A DNA stretch of 64,000 bases from Porphyromonadaceae bacterium UBA7048 (GTDB lineage: Bacteria > Bacteroidota > Bacteroidia > Bacteroidales > Muribaculaceae). Below, piece by piece: positions 9,242 to 18,659 of this stretch (position 1 is the stretch's first letter; each line of letters starts with the position of its first letter). The stretch lies in the NCBI GenBank assembly GCA_002493945.1, contig DLAL01000047.1:21992-85991 (forward strand). The letters are read 5' to 3'. Below the pieces are notes generated by a model. The model worked only from the letters and a program-made list of their open reading frames with translations, did no database searches and was not told the DNA's origin. Position numbers and translations under genes: made by a program.

Positions 9242-9715
9242 TCAATCGTGGTGGTATGGTTCTCCACGCATGATGGTCCCGGCACGGTAAATCTGCTCGA
9301 CGAAGAACAGTCTGACCATCTCATGCGGAAATGTCATCTTCGACAGCGACATAAGGCTGTCGGCACGGCCGTATACTTCTTTCGAGAATCCGTAAGGTCC
9401 GCCGACCACGAAGACGAGGTTTTTCGCTACCTCGATGCTCTTCTTCTCGATGAACTCCGAGAACTGACGCGACGTGAATTCCTTTCCGCGCTCGTCCAGC
9501 AGCACGACGAAGTCGCCCGGCGCGATTTCGTTCATGAACCGCGCTCCCTCCAGCTCTTTCTGTTTCTCCGTGCCGGTCGACTTCGGGGCGCGCACATCGG
9601 GCAGGCACACCATCGAGAATGGCCAGTAGAACGGTATCTTCTTGCAGTACTGCGATATAGCTGTGTCCATCGACGCATCGCGGACGTCGCCCATACATAG
9701 AAGTTTAATTTTCAT
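9242..9715 (-). CDS. rlmH: 23S rRNA (pseudouridine1915-N3)-methyltransferase
   Basis: 157 aa with LLDERGKEFTSRQFSEFI..LVFVVGGPYGFS..LSLSKMTFPHEMVRLFFVEQIYRAGTIMRGEPYH, the SPOUT RlmH signature. Confidence 0.9.
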   Translation of the reverse strand: MKIKLLCMGDVRDASMDTAISQYCKKIPFYWPFSMVCLPDVRAPKSTGTEKQKELEGARFMNEIAPGDFVVLLDERGKEFTSRQFSEFIEKKSIEVAKNLVFVVGGPYGFSKEVYGRADSLMSLSKMTFPHEMVRLFFVEQIYRAGTIMRGEPYHHD

Positions 9716-9749
9716 GCTGCAAAATTAACTAATCTCGCGAATTTTTCGC

Positions 9750-9757
9750 TATATTTG
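9750..9757 (+). promoter_or_regulatory. -7 box TATATTTG upstream of nadC
   Basis: Exact TAnnTTTG match 21 nt before the nadC ATG. Confidence 0.5.
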
Positions 9758-9777
9758 CACGCTAAACACGAAAAGTA

Positions 9778-10632
9778 ATGAAAACAAAAGACGAATTAAT
9801 CGACCAGCTCCTCGACCTCGCTTTCGCAGAAGACATCGGCGACGGCGATCACACAACTCTCAGCACCATAGGCCCTGACGCCATGGGACGACAGCATCTC
9901 CTGGTGAAGGAAGAAGGTATTCTTGCCGGTGTTGACATCGCACGGAAGGTTTTCGAGAAATTCGACCCCTCGCTTAAAATGACCGTTTTCATCACCGACG
10001 GCGCCCATGTCAAGCCCGGCGACATCGCGTTTGTGGTGGAAGGTCCCGTCCGTTCGCTTCTTCAGACCGAGCGGACCATGCTCAATATCATGCAGCGCAT
10101 GAGCGGCATAGCCACGACTACGGCCAAGTATCAGTCGCGCCTCGAAGGGCTCCACACCAAAGTGCTCGACACGCGCAAGACCACGCCCGGCCTGCGTATG
10201 CTTGAGAAAGAGGCTGTGAAAATCGGTGGCGGATGCAATCACCGCATCGGTCTCTTCGACATGATTCTTATCAAGGACAATCATGTCGACTTCGCCGGCG
10301 GCATCGACAAGGCCGTGGCTGCAGCCAAGGAATACTGCCGCGCCAAGGGCAAGGACCTCCGCATCGAGGTGGAGGTGCGCAATACGGATGAAATACGTCA
10401 GGCCATAGCCGCAGGTGCCGACCGCATCATGCTCGACAATTTTACGCCCGAGCGCACTGCCGACGCCGTAGCACTTATCCATAAGGAAGGCCCCGGCATC
10501 GAGATAGAGTCGAGCGGCGGCATTACCCTCGACACCCTGCGCGCATATGGCGAAGCCGGAGTGGACTTCATCTCCGTCGGCGCTCTGACGCACTCTGTCA
10601 AAGGTCTTGACATGAGCTTCAAAGCCTGCTAA
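9778..10632 (+). CDS. nadC: Nicotinate-nucleotide (quinolinate) pyrophosphorylase
   Basis: 284 aa with ERTMLNIMQRMSGIATTT, VLDTRKTTPGLRMLEKEAVKIGGGCNHR and IMLDNF, the conserved QPRTase blocks. Confidence 0.9.
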   Translation: MKTKDELIDQLLDLAFAEDIGDGDHTTLSTIGPDAMGRQHLLVKEEGILAGVDIARKVFEKFDPSLKMTVFITDGAHVKPGDIAFVVEGPVRSLLQTERTMLNIMQRMSGIATTTAKYQSRLEGLHTKVLDTRKTTPGLRMLEKEAVKIGGGCNHRIGLFDMILIKDNHVDFAGGIDKAVAAAKEYCRAKGKDLRIEVEVRNTDEIRQAIAAGADRIMLDNFTPERTADAVALIHKEGPGIEIESSGGITLDTLRAYGEAGVDFISVGALTHSVKGLDMSFKAC

Positions 10633-10652
10633 CCAATAAACCGAACTACAAT

Positions 10653-11399
10653 ATGATCAAGAAAGCAATCGCCGCACTTGCCATCCTGATGGCAATGGGC
10701 ACATCGGCAGCCTCCGCACAGTACATGTGCTCGAAGCAGGGCACCGTCTTCACTTATCTCGAGAAGGTCCTCGAAGGAGAGGACAAGGGAGAGACGGAGT
10801 CGACCGCAACCGTCGTGTCTGTCACCACTGCCGACGGCATTGAGACCGCAGTGATGGAGGAAGTGCAGAAAATCGGCGACTTTACCGAAATCAAGACCTC
10901 GAACAGCTACACATACAATCCTGCCACAGGTCTGACGGTCTACAATATGGTTCCCGGAGAGGAGTACAAGAAGACCATAATGAACATGCTTATTGAGGCA
11001 GCACGCGCATCCGGCAATAACGTATCCGACAGCGACATCGCCGAGCTGGATAAGGGCATCACCACCAAGGGCGACCTCGTACTTGACCTTCCGGCCGAGG
11101 CTGATCCGGCCACGAAGATTCCCAATAAGTCGCTCAAGCTCAACATGGGTCCATCGCAGATGTCAATGAACCTCTGGAATGCCAAATATGCCGGTTACGA
11201 GACGGTCGAGGTGCCAGCCGGCAAATTCGAAAATTGCCTCAAGGTGACCTACGTCATCAAGACCACATCGCCTGAAGCCACCGAGAAGCAGTACGTCACC
11301 GAATGGTTCGCCAGGGGTGTCGGTTCGGTCAAGCAGACAGTCGCCGACAAGAAAGGCAACGTGGCCAAGGAAACAGTCCTGAAATCAATTTCTGAATAA
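10653..11399 (+). CDS. Secreted hypothetical protein
   Basis: 248-aa ORF with signal peptide MIKKAIAALAILMAMGTSAASAQ. It sits 20 nt after nadC with coding-like composition. I recognise no family. Confidence 0.65.
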   Translation: MIKKAIAALAILMAMGTSAASAQYMCSKQGTVFTYLEKVLEGEDKGETESTATVVSVTTADGIETAVMEEVQKIGDFTEIKTSNSYTYNPATGLTVYNMVPGEEYKKTIMNMLIEAARASGNNVSDSDIAELDKGITTKGDLVLDLPAEADPATKIPNKSLKLNMGPSQMSMNLWNAKYAGYETVEVPAGKFENCLKVTYVIKTTSPEATEKQYVTEWFARGVGSVKQTVADKKGNVAKETVLKSISE

Positions 11400-11411
11400 G
11401 GTATAAAATAC

Positions 11412-11433
11412 GGGGCAGACGTCGGTCTGCCCC
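11412..11433 (+). terminator. Hairpin terminator candidate after 10653-11399
   Basis: GGGGCAGAC-GTCG-GTCTGCCCC, a perfect 9-bp stem followed by TTGCAGCTTT. Confidence 0.45.
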
Positions 11434-11485
11434 TTGCAGCTTTCCGACCCATCCTACGCAGTCGGACAAATCAATCCAATAGAGT

Positions 11486-13288
11486 ATGCAGAACATTCGC
11501 AACATTGCTATCATCGCTCACGTCGACCACGGCAAGACGACTCTGGTTGACAAGATGCTCCTTGCCGGTCACCTCTTTCGCGAGAACCAGAATGCCGGAG
11601 AACTCATTCTCGACAACAACGACCTTGAGCGCGAGCGCGGCATAACGATTCTCTCGAAAAACGTTTCCATCGACTACAAAGGCTATAAAATCAACATCAT
11701 CGACACTCCGGGACACGCCGACTTCGGAGGCGAGGTGGAGCGCGTGCTCAATATGGCCGACGGCTGTCTGCTCCTTGTGGATGCCTTCGAAGGCCCTATG
11801 CCGCAGACGCGTTTCGTCCTTCAGAAAGCTATCGAGATAGGTCTCAAGCCCATCGTAGTAATTAATAAGGTAGACAAACCCAACTGCCGTCCAGAGGAAG
11901 TACAGGAGATGGTGTTCGACCTCATGTTCAGCCTTGACGCCACCGAGGACCAGCTCGACTTCATGACCCTCTACGGATCGGCCAAGCAGGGCTGGATGAG
12001 CACTGACTATAAGAATCCGACCGACAATATATTCCCTCTTCTTGATGCCATTATCGAGCATATCCCCGGTCCTGAGGAGAATCCCGGCGACAGCCAGATG
12101 CTCATCACTTCGCTTGACTACTCCAAGTACGTGGGACGCATAGCCATCGGCCGTGTGCACCGCGGCGAGCTCCGGGAAGGCCAGGAAATCGGGCTCTGCC
12201 GCAAGGACGGCACCGTAAGCCGCCAGAAAATCAAAGAACTGCATACATTCGAAGGTATGGGTCGCAAGAAAGTGGAGAGCGTGCAGAACGGCGATATATG
12301 CGCCCTCATCGGCATCGAAGGATTCGAAATCGGCGATACTGTGACGCTCTTTGACAATCCCGACCCGCTGCCCCGCATAGCCATCGACGAACCTACCATG
12401 TCGATGCTCTTCACCATCAACAACAGCCCCTTCTTCGGACGTGACGGCAAGTATGTGACTTCGCGCCACATCGGCGACCGTCTTACGGCCGAACTCGACC
12501 GCAATCTGGCGCTCCGCGTAGTCAAGGGCGACTCCGAAGATGTATGGATTGTCTACGGCCGAGGTGTGCTTCACCTGTCGGTGCTCATCGAGACCATGCG
12601 TCGCGAGGGCTACGAGCTTCAGGTAGGCCAGCCTCAGGTAATCGTCAAGGAAATCGACGGCCGCAAGTGTGAGCCTGTCGAGCTCCTCTCCATCAATGTG
12701 CCCGAGGAATTCTCGTCGAAGATGATTGACATGGTCACCCGGCGCAAGGGCGACCTCGTCTCGATGTCGGCGAAGAACGACCGCGTACATCTCGAGTTCA
12801 ACATCCCCTCGCGAGGCATCATCGGTCTGCGCAGCAATGTGCTCACGGCGTCGGGCGGCGAGGCCATCATGGCGCACCGCTTCCTCGAGTATCAGCCCTG
12901 GAAGGGCGACATCGAGCGCCGCACCAACGGCTCTCTCGTGGCCATGGAGTCGGGCACGGCATATGCCTACGCCATAGACAAGCTTCAGGACCGCGGCCGC
13001 TTCTTCATCTTCCCGCAGGAAGAAGTATATGCCGGTCAGGTGGTGGGCGAGAACGCCAAGGAGAACGACATTCCCGTCAATGTGACCAAGAGCAAGAAGC
13101 TCACTAACATGCGTGCTTCCGGCTCTGATGACAAGGCCCGTATCGTTCCTCCTGTGGTATTCAGCCTTGAGGAGGCTCTTGAGTATATCAAGGAGGACGA
13201 GTACGTAGAGGTCACTCCGCATCACCTCCGCCTCCGCAAGACCATCCTTGACGAGACCGAGCGCAAGCGCGCCAACCGCCAGTCATAA
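11486..13288 (+). CDS. typA: Translational GTPase TypA/BipA
   Basis: 600 aa starting [25 protein letters not shown], with [14 protein letters not shown] and NKVDKP. Length and domain order fit BipA. Confidence 0.95.
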   Translation: MQNIRNIAIIAHVDHGKTTLVDKMLLAGHLFRENQNAGELILDNNDLERERGITILSKNVSIDYKGYKINIIDTPGHADFGGEVERVLNMADGCLLLVDAFEGPMPQTRFVLQKAIEIGLKPIVVINKVDKPNCRPEEVQEMVFDLMFSLDATEDQLDFMTLYGSAKQGWMSTDYKNPTDNIFPLLDAIIEHIPGPEENPGDSQMLITSLDYSKYVGRIAIGRVHRGELREGQEIGLCRKDGTVSRQKIKELHTFEGMGRKKVESVQNGDICALIGIEGFEIGDTVTLFDNPDPLPRIAIDEPTMSMLFTINNSPFFGRDGKYVTSRHIGDRLTAELDRNLALRVVKGDSEDVWIVYGRGVLHLSVLIETMRREGYELQVGQPQVIVKEIDGRKCEPVELLSINVPEEFSSKMIDMVTRRKGDLVSMSAKNDRVHLEFNIPSRGIIGLRSNVLTASGGEAIMAHRFLEYQPWKGDIERRTNGSLVAMESGTAYAYAIDKLQDRGRFFIFPQEEVYAGQVVGENAKENDIPVNVTKSKKLTNMRASGSDDKARIVPPVVFSLEEALEYIKEDEYVEVTPHHLRLRKTILDETERKRANRQS

Positions 13289-13326
13289 ACAGAACGCTAA
13301 CACACATTCACACACTCACAGAAGGC

Positions 13327-14184
13327 ATGCACTCTTTTTCCCTTGATCTCGGAGGGCGGGCGGTCGTATATGACCGGCCGGCCGTGATGGGCATCATCAA
13401 CGTCACGCCCGATTCGTTCTATGGCAGTTCGCGGGTGCAGACCGCCGACGCTATTGCCGAGCGCGCCGCCGCCATGGTGCGCTCCGGTGCCGACATCATC
13501 GATGTCGGCGCCTACTCGTCGCGTCCCGGTGCCGACGATGTTCCCGAAGCGGAGGAGTGCGCACGCTTCGCCCTCGCCCTTCCGGCCATCCGGAGGGCAG
13601 TGGGATCCGAAGTGCCTGTCTCGGTCGATACATTCCGCTCGGGTGTGGCGCGCAGATGTGTGCTGGAGTGGGGCGCTGATATAGTCAACGACATTTCCGG
13701 CGGTCTGCTTGACCCCGATATGTTCCGCACCGTGGCAGAACTCCGCTGTCCCTACGTGCTCATGCACATGCGCGGCACTCCGGCCACCATGCAGAGCATG
13801 ACGGACTATGGTGGCGACGTCACATCGGAAGTGATATCCGAACTGAGCCGTCCGCTCTGGACGCTGGCCGAACTCGGTGTGGCCGATGTCATCATCGACC
13901 CCGGTTTCGGGTTCGCCAAAACGCTCGAGCAGAACTACGAGCTTCTCCGCAATCTCCGCGCTTTCGGCATCTTTGACCGCCCGATTCTCGTAGGAGTGTC
14001 GCGCAAGTCGATGATAACCCGTCTGCTGGGCATCTCCGCCGACGAAGCCCTGACGGCCACCGCCGTCATCGGGGCGCTCGCCATCGAGCGCGGTGCCTCC
14101 ATCCTCCGTGTCCACGACCCGGCTGAGGCGGCTCAGACAATATCCATCCTCAAAGCTCTCGACCCATGTTTGATTTCGGAATAA
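13327..14184 (+). CDS. folP: Dihydropteroate synthase
   Basis: 285 aa with VMGIINVTPDSFYGSS, DIIDVGAYSSRPGA, IVNDISGG, DPGFGFAKT and GVSRKSMI. Confidence 0.9.
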   Translation: MHSFSLDLGGRAVVYDRPAVMGIINVTPDSFYGSSRVQTADAIAERAAAMVRSGADIIDVGAYSSRPGADDVPEAEECARFALALPAIRRAVGSEVPVSVDTFRSGVARRCVLEWGADIVNDISGGLLDPDMFRTVAELRCPYVLMHMRGTPATMQSMTDYGGDVTSEVISELSRPLWTLAELGVADVIIDPGFGFAKTLEQNYELLRNLRAFGIFDRPILVGVSRKSMITRLLGISADEALTATAVIGALAIERGASILRVHDPAEAAQTISILKALDPCLISE

Positions 14185-14948
14185 AGGACCTCGTCGACGT
14201 CCTCATCTTCGCCTGCCTGCTGTACTACATCTATAAGATGATGAAGGAGTCCGGCTCCATCAACATCTTCTATGGCGTGCTGGCGGTGATAGTGCTATGG
14301 GTTCTTACGTCCGAGATATTCAACATGAGGCTCATAGGTACGATTCTCGATAAGTTCATGGCCATCGGCCTGGTCATCATCGTCATACTCTTTCAGGACT
14401 CCATCAAGCGCTTCCTCGTCGAACTCGGCTCGAAACGGCGCTGGAAGTTTCTGGGGAAGATGTTCCATCACGACAGTCAGAACATCGACAACGACCGCCT
14501 CGCGTGGGTCATGCCCATAGTATACGCGTGCATGAGCATGGCCAAGAGCAAGACCGGAGCACTTATCGTCATAGAGCAGTCGATACCGCTGTCGCAGTAT
14601 GCCGCTACGGGCGATATCATCGACGCGCGCATCAATACACGTCTGATCGAGAATATCTTCTTCAAGAACTCGCCTCTGCACGACGGGGCCATGATAGTGT
14701 CGCACAACCGTATCGAGGCTGCGGGATGTATTCTTCCCGTCAGCCACAGCAGTGATGTGCCGCGTTCGCTTGGTCTGCGTCACCGCTCGGCCCTCGGCAT
14801 AGCTCAGGCGACAGATGCCGTTGCCATAGTCGTCTCGGAGGAGACCGGCAACATCTCGTTCGCCCATCGCGGAAAACTCGACTCGCCGATCAGCACTTCC
14901 GACCTCGAAAAACGTCTCAATGCCATAGCCATAACGTCAGTAGTATAA
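14166..14948 (+). CDS. cdaA: Diadenylate cyclase CdaA
   Basis: 260 aa with N-terminal TM helices, then TGALIVIEQ, PLHDGAMIV and LGLRHRSALGIAQATDAVAIVVSEETGNISFA (DisA_N/DAC domain). It overlaps folP by 19 nt. Confidence 0.9.
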   Translation: MFDFGIKDLVDVLIFACLLYYIYKMMKESGSINIFYGVLAVIVLWVLTSEIFNMRLIGTILDKFMAIGLVIIVILFQDSIKRFLVELGSKRRWKFLGKMFHHDSQNIDNDRLAWVMPIVYACMSMAKSKTGALIVIEQSIPLSQYAATGDIIDARINTRLIENIFFKNSPLHDGAMIVSHNRIEAAGCILPVSHSSDVPRSLGLRHRSALGIAQATDAVAIVVSEETGNISFAHRGKLDSPISTSDLEKRLNAIAITSVV

Positions 14949-14970
14949 GGCGTTTAGCCTGACGATACAG

Positions 14971-15013
14971 TTTGCCCCGTCAATTTTTTTGCAGAAAAAT
15001 TTGGCGGGGCAAA
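14971..15013 (+). terminator. Long hairpin after cdaA
   Basis: TTTGCCCCG ... CGGGGCAAA (9-bp stem) encloses an A/T self-complementary loop and is followed by TTATTTG. Confidence 0.45.
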
Positions 15014-15023
15014 TTATTTGTCA

Positions 15024-15031
15024 TACCTTTG
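15024..15031 (+). promoter_or_regulatory. -7 box TACCTTTG upstream of the ABC/GntR operon
   Basis: Exact TAnnTTTG match. It implies a ~110-nt leader before the ABC ATPase start at 15148. Confidence 0.45.
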
Positions 15032-15147
15032 TGGTGTACTTGTGCACACCACTACATTCAGAACATTATCAAATACATTATTCCTATGGAAGGATTTTTC
15101 GAAGTCGCCCTCTCTTTTCTCGTCGTATTAGCCATAATCTGCTGCTT

Positions 15148-15984
15148 ATGATACTCGACATCAAAGATCTGTGGTACAAATATCCCGGCAAACACGCCGA
15201 TACGGCCCTCAAAGGCATCTCGGCAGTGGTAGGTCCCGGGCTGCACCTTCTCCTGGGCGAGAACGGTGCCGGGAAGACGACCTCGCTCCACATCATGGCC
15301 GGACTCCGCTTCCCCTCGGCAGGCTCGTGTACGCTTGACGGCTGCCCGACCGGGTCGAGGCTGCCGTCGGTCAGTTCGCATATATTCATGACGGGAGTCA
15401 ACATGGAGTTTCCTGCCGCGTCAATCAGCGAGATGGCGAGAATCCATGCTCCGTTCTATCCGCATTTCGACGCCTTCGCCCTGCGCGACAATCTCGCCGC
15501 GTTCGGACTTGACGCCGACGCTCCGCTGCAGAATATGTCCACCGGCAATCGCCAGAAAGCCAAGGTGGCTTATGCGCTGGCGCTTAAAACCGATATACTC
15601 CTTCTCGACGAACCGGCCAACGGTCTGGACATAGAGTCGCGCCATGCCTTGCAGAAGATGATGGCCGCACACGTCGGACCGGAGCAGACCGTGATTGTGT
15701 CGACCCACTCAATCCGCGACCTCGAGAACCTCTACGATGGAGTGATTGACCTCCATGACGGCAGGCTCAATTACGCTATGACGGTCGATGACATACTCGA
15801 GCACGTGTACTTTGATGTGTCGTCCGTGGCTCCGGAAGATGCCTTATACTCCCGTCAGTGTCTTGGCCGCTGTCACAGTATATGTCCCAATGGCAGCGGC
15901 GATGAATCGAATATTGACTTCGAACTGCTTTACCTTGCCGCGAGAAACAATAAGGAACAGCTACTCAAATGCCTTGACAGATGA
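15148..15984 (+). CDS. ABC transporter ATP-binding protein (YtrB-like)
   Basis: Walker A GENGAGKTT, signature-like MSTGNRQK, Walker B ILLLDEPANGLD and H-loop VSTHS. The track ORF starts at 14989, but its first 53 aa are non-homologous and cross the promoter and terminator. MILDIKDLWYKY at 15148 is the plausible start. Confidence 0.85.
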   Translation: MILDIKDLWYKYPGKHADTALKGISAVVGPGLHLLLGENGAGKTTSLHIMAGLRFPSAGSCTLDGCPTGSRLPSVSSHIFMTGVNMEFPAASISEMARIHAPFYPHFDAFALRDNLAAFGLDADAPLQNMSTGNRQKAKVAYALALKTDILLLDEPANGLDIESRHALQKMMAAHVGPEQTVIVSTHSIRDLENLYDGVIDLHDGRLNYAMTVDDILEHVYFDVSSVAPEDALYSRQCLGRCHSICPNGSGDESNIDFELLYLAARNNKEQLLKCLDR

Positions 15985-16736
15985 TATCATCAGAAATACT
16001 TTCAAAGACCGACGCCACGCGTTGGGAGCGCATCATGATGGTGGCGCGCTATTACATGCCGTATCTTCGCGGCAAACTGCTGGCCATGTTCATCATGCCG
16101 GTTGTCTGCGAGATCATCCTGAGCATGGTTGTGAACAGCTACGGCCTTGAGGCTTATTTTCCGCTGGGTCTTATCTTCTCCATCTTCTTCATCGGCTGCA
16201 TGGTGTTCAGTCCGATGCTTTTCGCACGCTCGCGCGGCCTGGAGACCGAACTGATGCTGCCGGCACTGCCTTTCGAGCGTAAGGTCGTGATATTCTCACT
16301 GTGCTTCGTCATCGTTCCGGTCATGGTTTTTGTCCCGAGCACACTTCTGGGCATGTTTGTCCTCAAAGTGCCTCATGCTGCGCTGAATACCCTCTTTCCA
16401 GACGTAATCTACAACGGCGTCACCATCCTCTACTCCGTACTGACGCTGCTTGTCTTCACGGCTTCGTGTCTGTGGGGTGTGATGGCACATACCACGCACC
16501 GTGTCGTGTGGGGCATCGCCTACGGATTTTTCGCATATATTCTGCTGGGATTCATCGGTCTGGTGGGAGGAGTCATATGGGGATTCATGCTTGCCTTCAA
16601 CGGCTACGGGCTGGAGGAGGGCAGCGTGCTTCCGTTCTATAATTTTGTGATGGGCGGCGGCTGTATCGTCAGTGCCATAGGTTTCATTTTCGCTGTGTGG
16701 CGCACATCCCGCGCAATTTCAAGGATGCAGATATGA
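15981..16736 (+). CDS. Polytopic membrane protein (permease partner of the ABC ATPase)
   Basis: 251 aa with about six hydrophobic helices. 4-nt overlaps with both neighbours (ATGA junctions). Confidence 0.75.
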   Translation: MISSEILSKTDATRWERIMMVARYYMPYLRGKLLAMFIMPVVCEIILSMVVNSYGLEAYFPLGLIFSIFFIGCMVFSPMLFARSRGLETELMLPALPFERKVVIFSLCFVIVPVMVFVPSTLLGMFVLKVPHAALNTLFPDVIYNGVTILYSVLTLLVFTASCLWGVMAHTTHRVVWGIAYGFFAYILLGFIGLVGGVIWGFMLAFNGYGLEEGSVLPFYNFVMGGGCIVSAIGFIFAVWRTSRAISRMQI

Positions 16737-17092
16737 TTGAGTACGACGAAAGCAGACCGATATATCTACAAGTAGCCGATTACTGTCTTCAGCAGATTGA
16801 GTCAGGCCAATGGCTGGCGGAAAGCAAGATTCCGTCTACCAAAGAGCTTGCTGTGACGCTGGGCGTGAACAACCGCACCATCATCAAGGCATACGAGGAG
16901 CTGGAAGCCATCGGACTTGTCCGAGTCGTCCGCGGTCAGGGCTATTTCTGCAATTCTGATGTCGCTGACCGTCTCCGCGACCACTACAGGCGGCAGTTCG
17001 AGGACTGCCGGATTCCCGATTTCCTTTCCGCCGCCGAGCACTGCGGATATACTCTCGACGATGTTCTGAGCATGCTTGAGCGCCGCAGATAG
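16733..17092 (+). CDS. GntR-family transcriptional regulator, short YtrA-type
   Basis: MIEYDESRPIYLQVADYCLQQIESGQWLAESKIPSTKELAVTLGVNNRTIIKAYEELEAIGLVRVVRGQGYF is a GntR winged-helix domain, and the ~120-aa size is typical of the YtrA subfamily. Start chosen at the internal ATG that overlaps the upstream stop. Confidence 0.85.
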   Translation: MIEYDESRPIYLQVADYCLQQIESGQWLAESKIPSTKELAVTLGVNNRTIIKAYEELEAIGLVRVVRGQGYFCNSDVADRLRDHYRRQFEDCRIPDFLSAAEHCGYTLDDVLSMLERRR

Positions 17093-17094
17093 TT

Positions 17095-18168
17095 CTATTC
17101 GTCGAAGTCAAGGCGGAGCTGAAGAGGCGATTCCTTCTTTCCGCTGTCGGATTTTGACAGCGACATTCCGAGCAACCGTATCTTGCGGTCGCCCGGATTT
17201 TCTTTTTCGAGCAGCTCCCTTGCTATGCAGGCCAGTTCGGCAGCGGCGGCGACGTCGCCTATGTCCGACTTGCTCCGTGTGTGCGTCGAGAAATCCGAAT
17301 ATCTGATTTTCAGCGTGAACGTCGAGCCTTTGAAGGATTTGCGGCTGAGGCGCTCCTCAAGGTCAGCGGCAAGAGTCGCGAGCACGTTCTCAATTTCTTC
17401 CGGCTTGGATATGTCGCTGTCGAGGGTCACTTCGCATCCCACCGACTTGCGTTCTCTGAAGGGCTCTACGGGACGGTTGTCTATGCCTCGGGCGAAATTA
17501 TAGTACTGCAGCGCCGCTTTGCCGAAGTACAAGCGCAGCTCGGGGACAGAGAAATTGCGCAGGTCCTCGCCTGTGTATATGCCCAAAGAGTGCATCTTCG
17601 ATGCCGTGACGGGACCGACGCCCCAAAAACTCTCTATAGGCATCTTGGCCACGAAGTCGACGGCGCGCTCAGGCGCGATGACGCACAGGCCGTCAGGCTT
17701 GCGGTAGTCAGACGCGATTTTGGCAAGGAACATATTGTACGACACTCCTGCGGAGGCTATCAGGCCCAGTTCTTCTCGGATGCTCTTCTTTATCTCCCTG
17801 GCGATGTCGATGGCCAGCGGTATATTGCGGTGGTTATGAGTGACATCGAGGAATGCTTCGTCGAGCGATATCGGCTCAATAATGTCGGTGTAGCGACGGA
17901 ATATCTCATGAATCTGAGCAGATACCGCTTTATACACGTCGAATCTGCAGTCGACGAACACGATGTCGGGGCACAGCCGGCGCGCTTTCGACGACGACAT
18001 GGCCGAGCGGACTCCGTAGCGCCGCGCCTCATAGCTGGCGGCTGCTACGACGCCTCGGCCGTCGGCCTGTCCGACGGCTACCGGGAGGCCTTTCAGCCCG
18101 GGATTGTCGCGTTGCTCGACCGATGCGTAGAACGCATCCATATCTATGTGTATGATTTTTCGTATCAT
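17095..18168 (-). CDS. dinB: DNA polymerase IV
   Basis: 357 aa starting IIHIDMDAFYASVEQRDNP, with AASYEARRYGVRSAM, SLDEAFLDVT and GVGPVTASKM. Confidence 0.9.
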   Translation of the reverse strand: MIRKIIHIDMDAFYASVEQRDNPGLKGLPVAVGQADGRGVVAAASYEARRYGVRSAMSSSKARRLCPDIVFVDCRFDVYKAVSAQIHEIFRRYTDIIEPISLDEAFLDVTHNHRNIPLAIDIAREIKKSIREELGLIASAGVSYNMFLAKIASDYRKPDGLCVIAPERAVDFVAKMPIESFWGVGPVTASKMHSLGIYTGEDLRNFSVPELRLYFGKAALQYYNFARGIDNRPVEPFRERKSVGCEVTLDSDISKPEEIENVLATLAADLEERLSRKSFKGSTFTLKIRYSDFSTHTRSKSDIGDVAAAAELACIARELLEKENPGDRKIRLLGMSLSKSDSGKKESPLQLRLDFDE

Positions 18169-18232
18169 TGTAGAGTAGGGGAGTCGGTGGTTCTGAAAGA
18201 GAGCCGGGCGGAGCTGACGCCGTCCGTGTATA

Positions 18233-18273
18233 TTGATAAAACAAGCGAGGCAAACTTCTGAAGTCTGCCTCGC
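18233..18273 (-). terminator. Rho-independent terminator downstream of tRNA-Glu
   Basis: On the minus strand, GCGAGGCA..TGCCTCGC (8-bp stem, 18245-18273) is followed by TTGTTTTATC. Confidence 0.55.
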
Positions 18274-18286
18274 TGAATGGCTTTTG

Positions 18287-18359
18287 TAGCGAATCAGGGA
18301 ATCGAACCCTGGTCTCCACCGTGAGAGGGTGGCGTGCTAGGCCACTACACTAAATCGCC
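18287..18359 (-). tRNA. tRNA-Glu (anticodon CUC)
   Basis: The reverse complement GGCGATTTAGTGTAGTGGCCTAGCACGCCACCCTCTCACGGTGGAGACCAGGGTTCGATTCCCTGATTCGCTA folds as a cloverleaf. It has a D arm GTGT/GCAC, anticodon stem CCACC/GGTGG with loop CTCTCAC, a 4-nt variable loop and T arm CAGGG-TTCGATT-CCCTG. The acceptor stem has G1:U72 and a U6:U67 mismatch. No CCA is encoded. Confidence 0.75.
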
Positions 18360-18397
18360 ATTTTGATTTGTGAGAGTGTCTCTCGCTTTTTGCACTG

Positions 18398-18405
18398 CAA
18401 AGTTA
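18398..18405 (-). promoter_or_regulatory. -7 box TAACTTTG upstream of tRNA-Glu
   Basis: The reverse complement of caaagtta matches TAnnTTTG, ~39 nt upstream of the mature tRNA 5' end. Confidence 0.45.
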
Positions 18406-18651
18406 CGGCGTATTTTTGGACCCTGCAAGTGTTTTCTTTGTTTTAACACTATTTTAACATTTAGCTCATGCGGAGTATGCTTCGAGGACTCCCTGTTCGT
18501 GCATACCCTGAGCGGGCAGAGGAGGTGTAATCAGTAGGCATATTTGCTATAGAATATAATAGAAAGCCGCCTAATCCTGTAATTTGGCAGATAATATTTC
18601 AAAAAACACCTGATTATTAACGATTTTTTTTGCTGTTAGAAAAGTTTTTCG

Positions 18652-18659
18652 TATGTTTG
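18652..18659 (+). promoter_or_regulatory. -7 box TATGTTTG, candidate promoter giving a ~245-nt leader to queF
   Basis: Exact TAnnTTTG match in an ORF-free AT-rich spacer, preceded by a T-rich stretch. Confidence 0.4.

Noticed and set aside
11471-13225. 584-aa minus-strand ORF opposite typA.
   Set aside because: typA on the plus strand is unambiguous (G1-G4 GTPase motifs). The antisense product has no motifs and a skewed composition.
14989-15147. N-terminal 53-aa extension of the ABC ATPase ORF.
   Set aside because: The extension spans the cdaA terminator hairpin and the -7 box and has no similarity to ABC N-termini. MILDIKDLWYKY at 15148 aligns with the usual start just before the Walker A strand.
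18029-18319. 96-aa minus-strand ORF overlapping tRNA-Glu and the dinB 5' end.
   Set aside because: It overlaps a tRNA gene and its terminator, and its product is a low-complexity R/P/S-rich translation.
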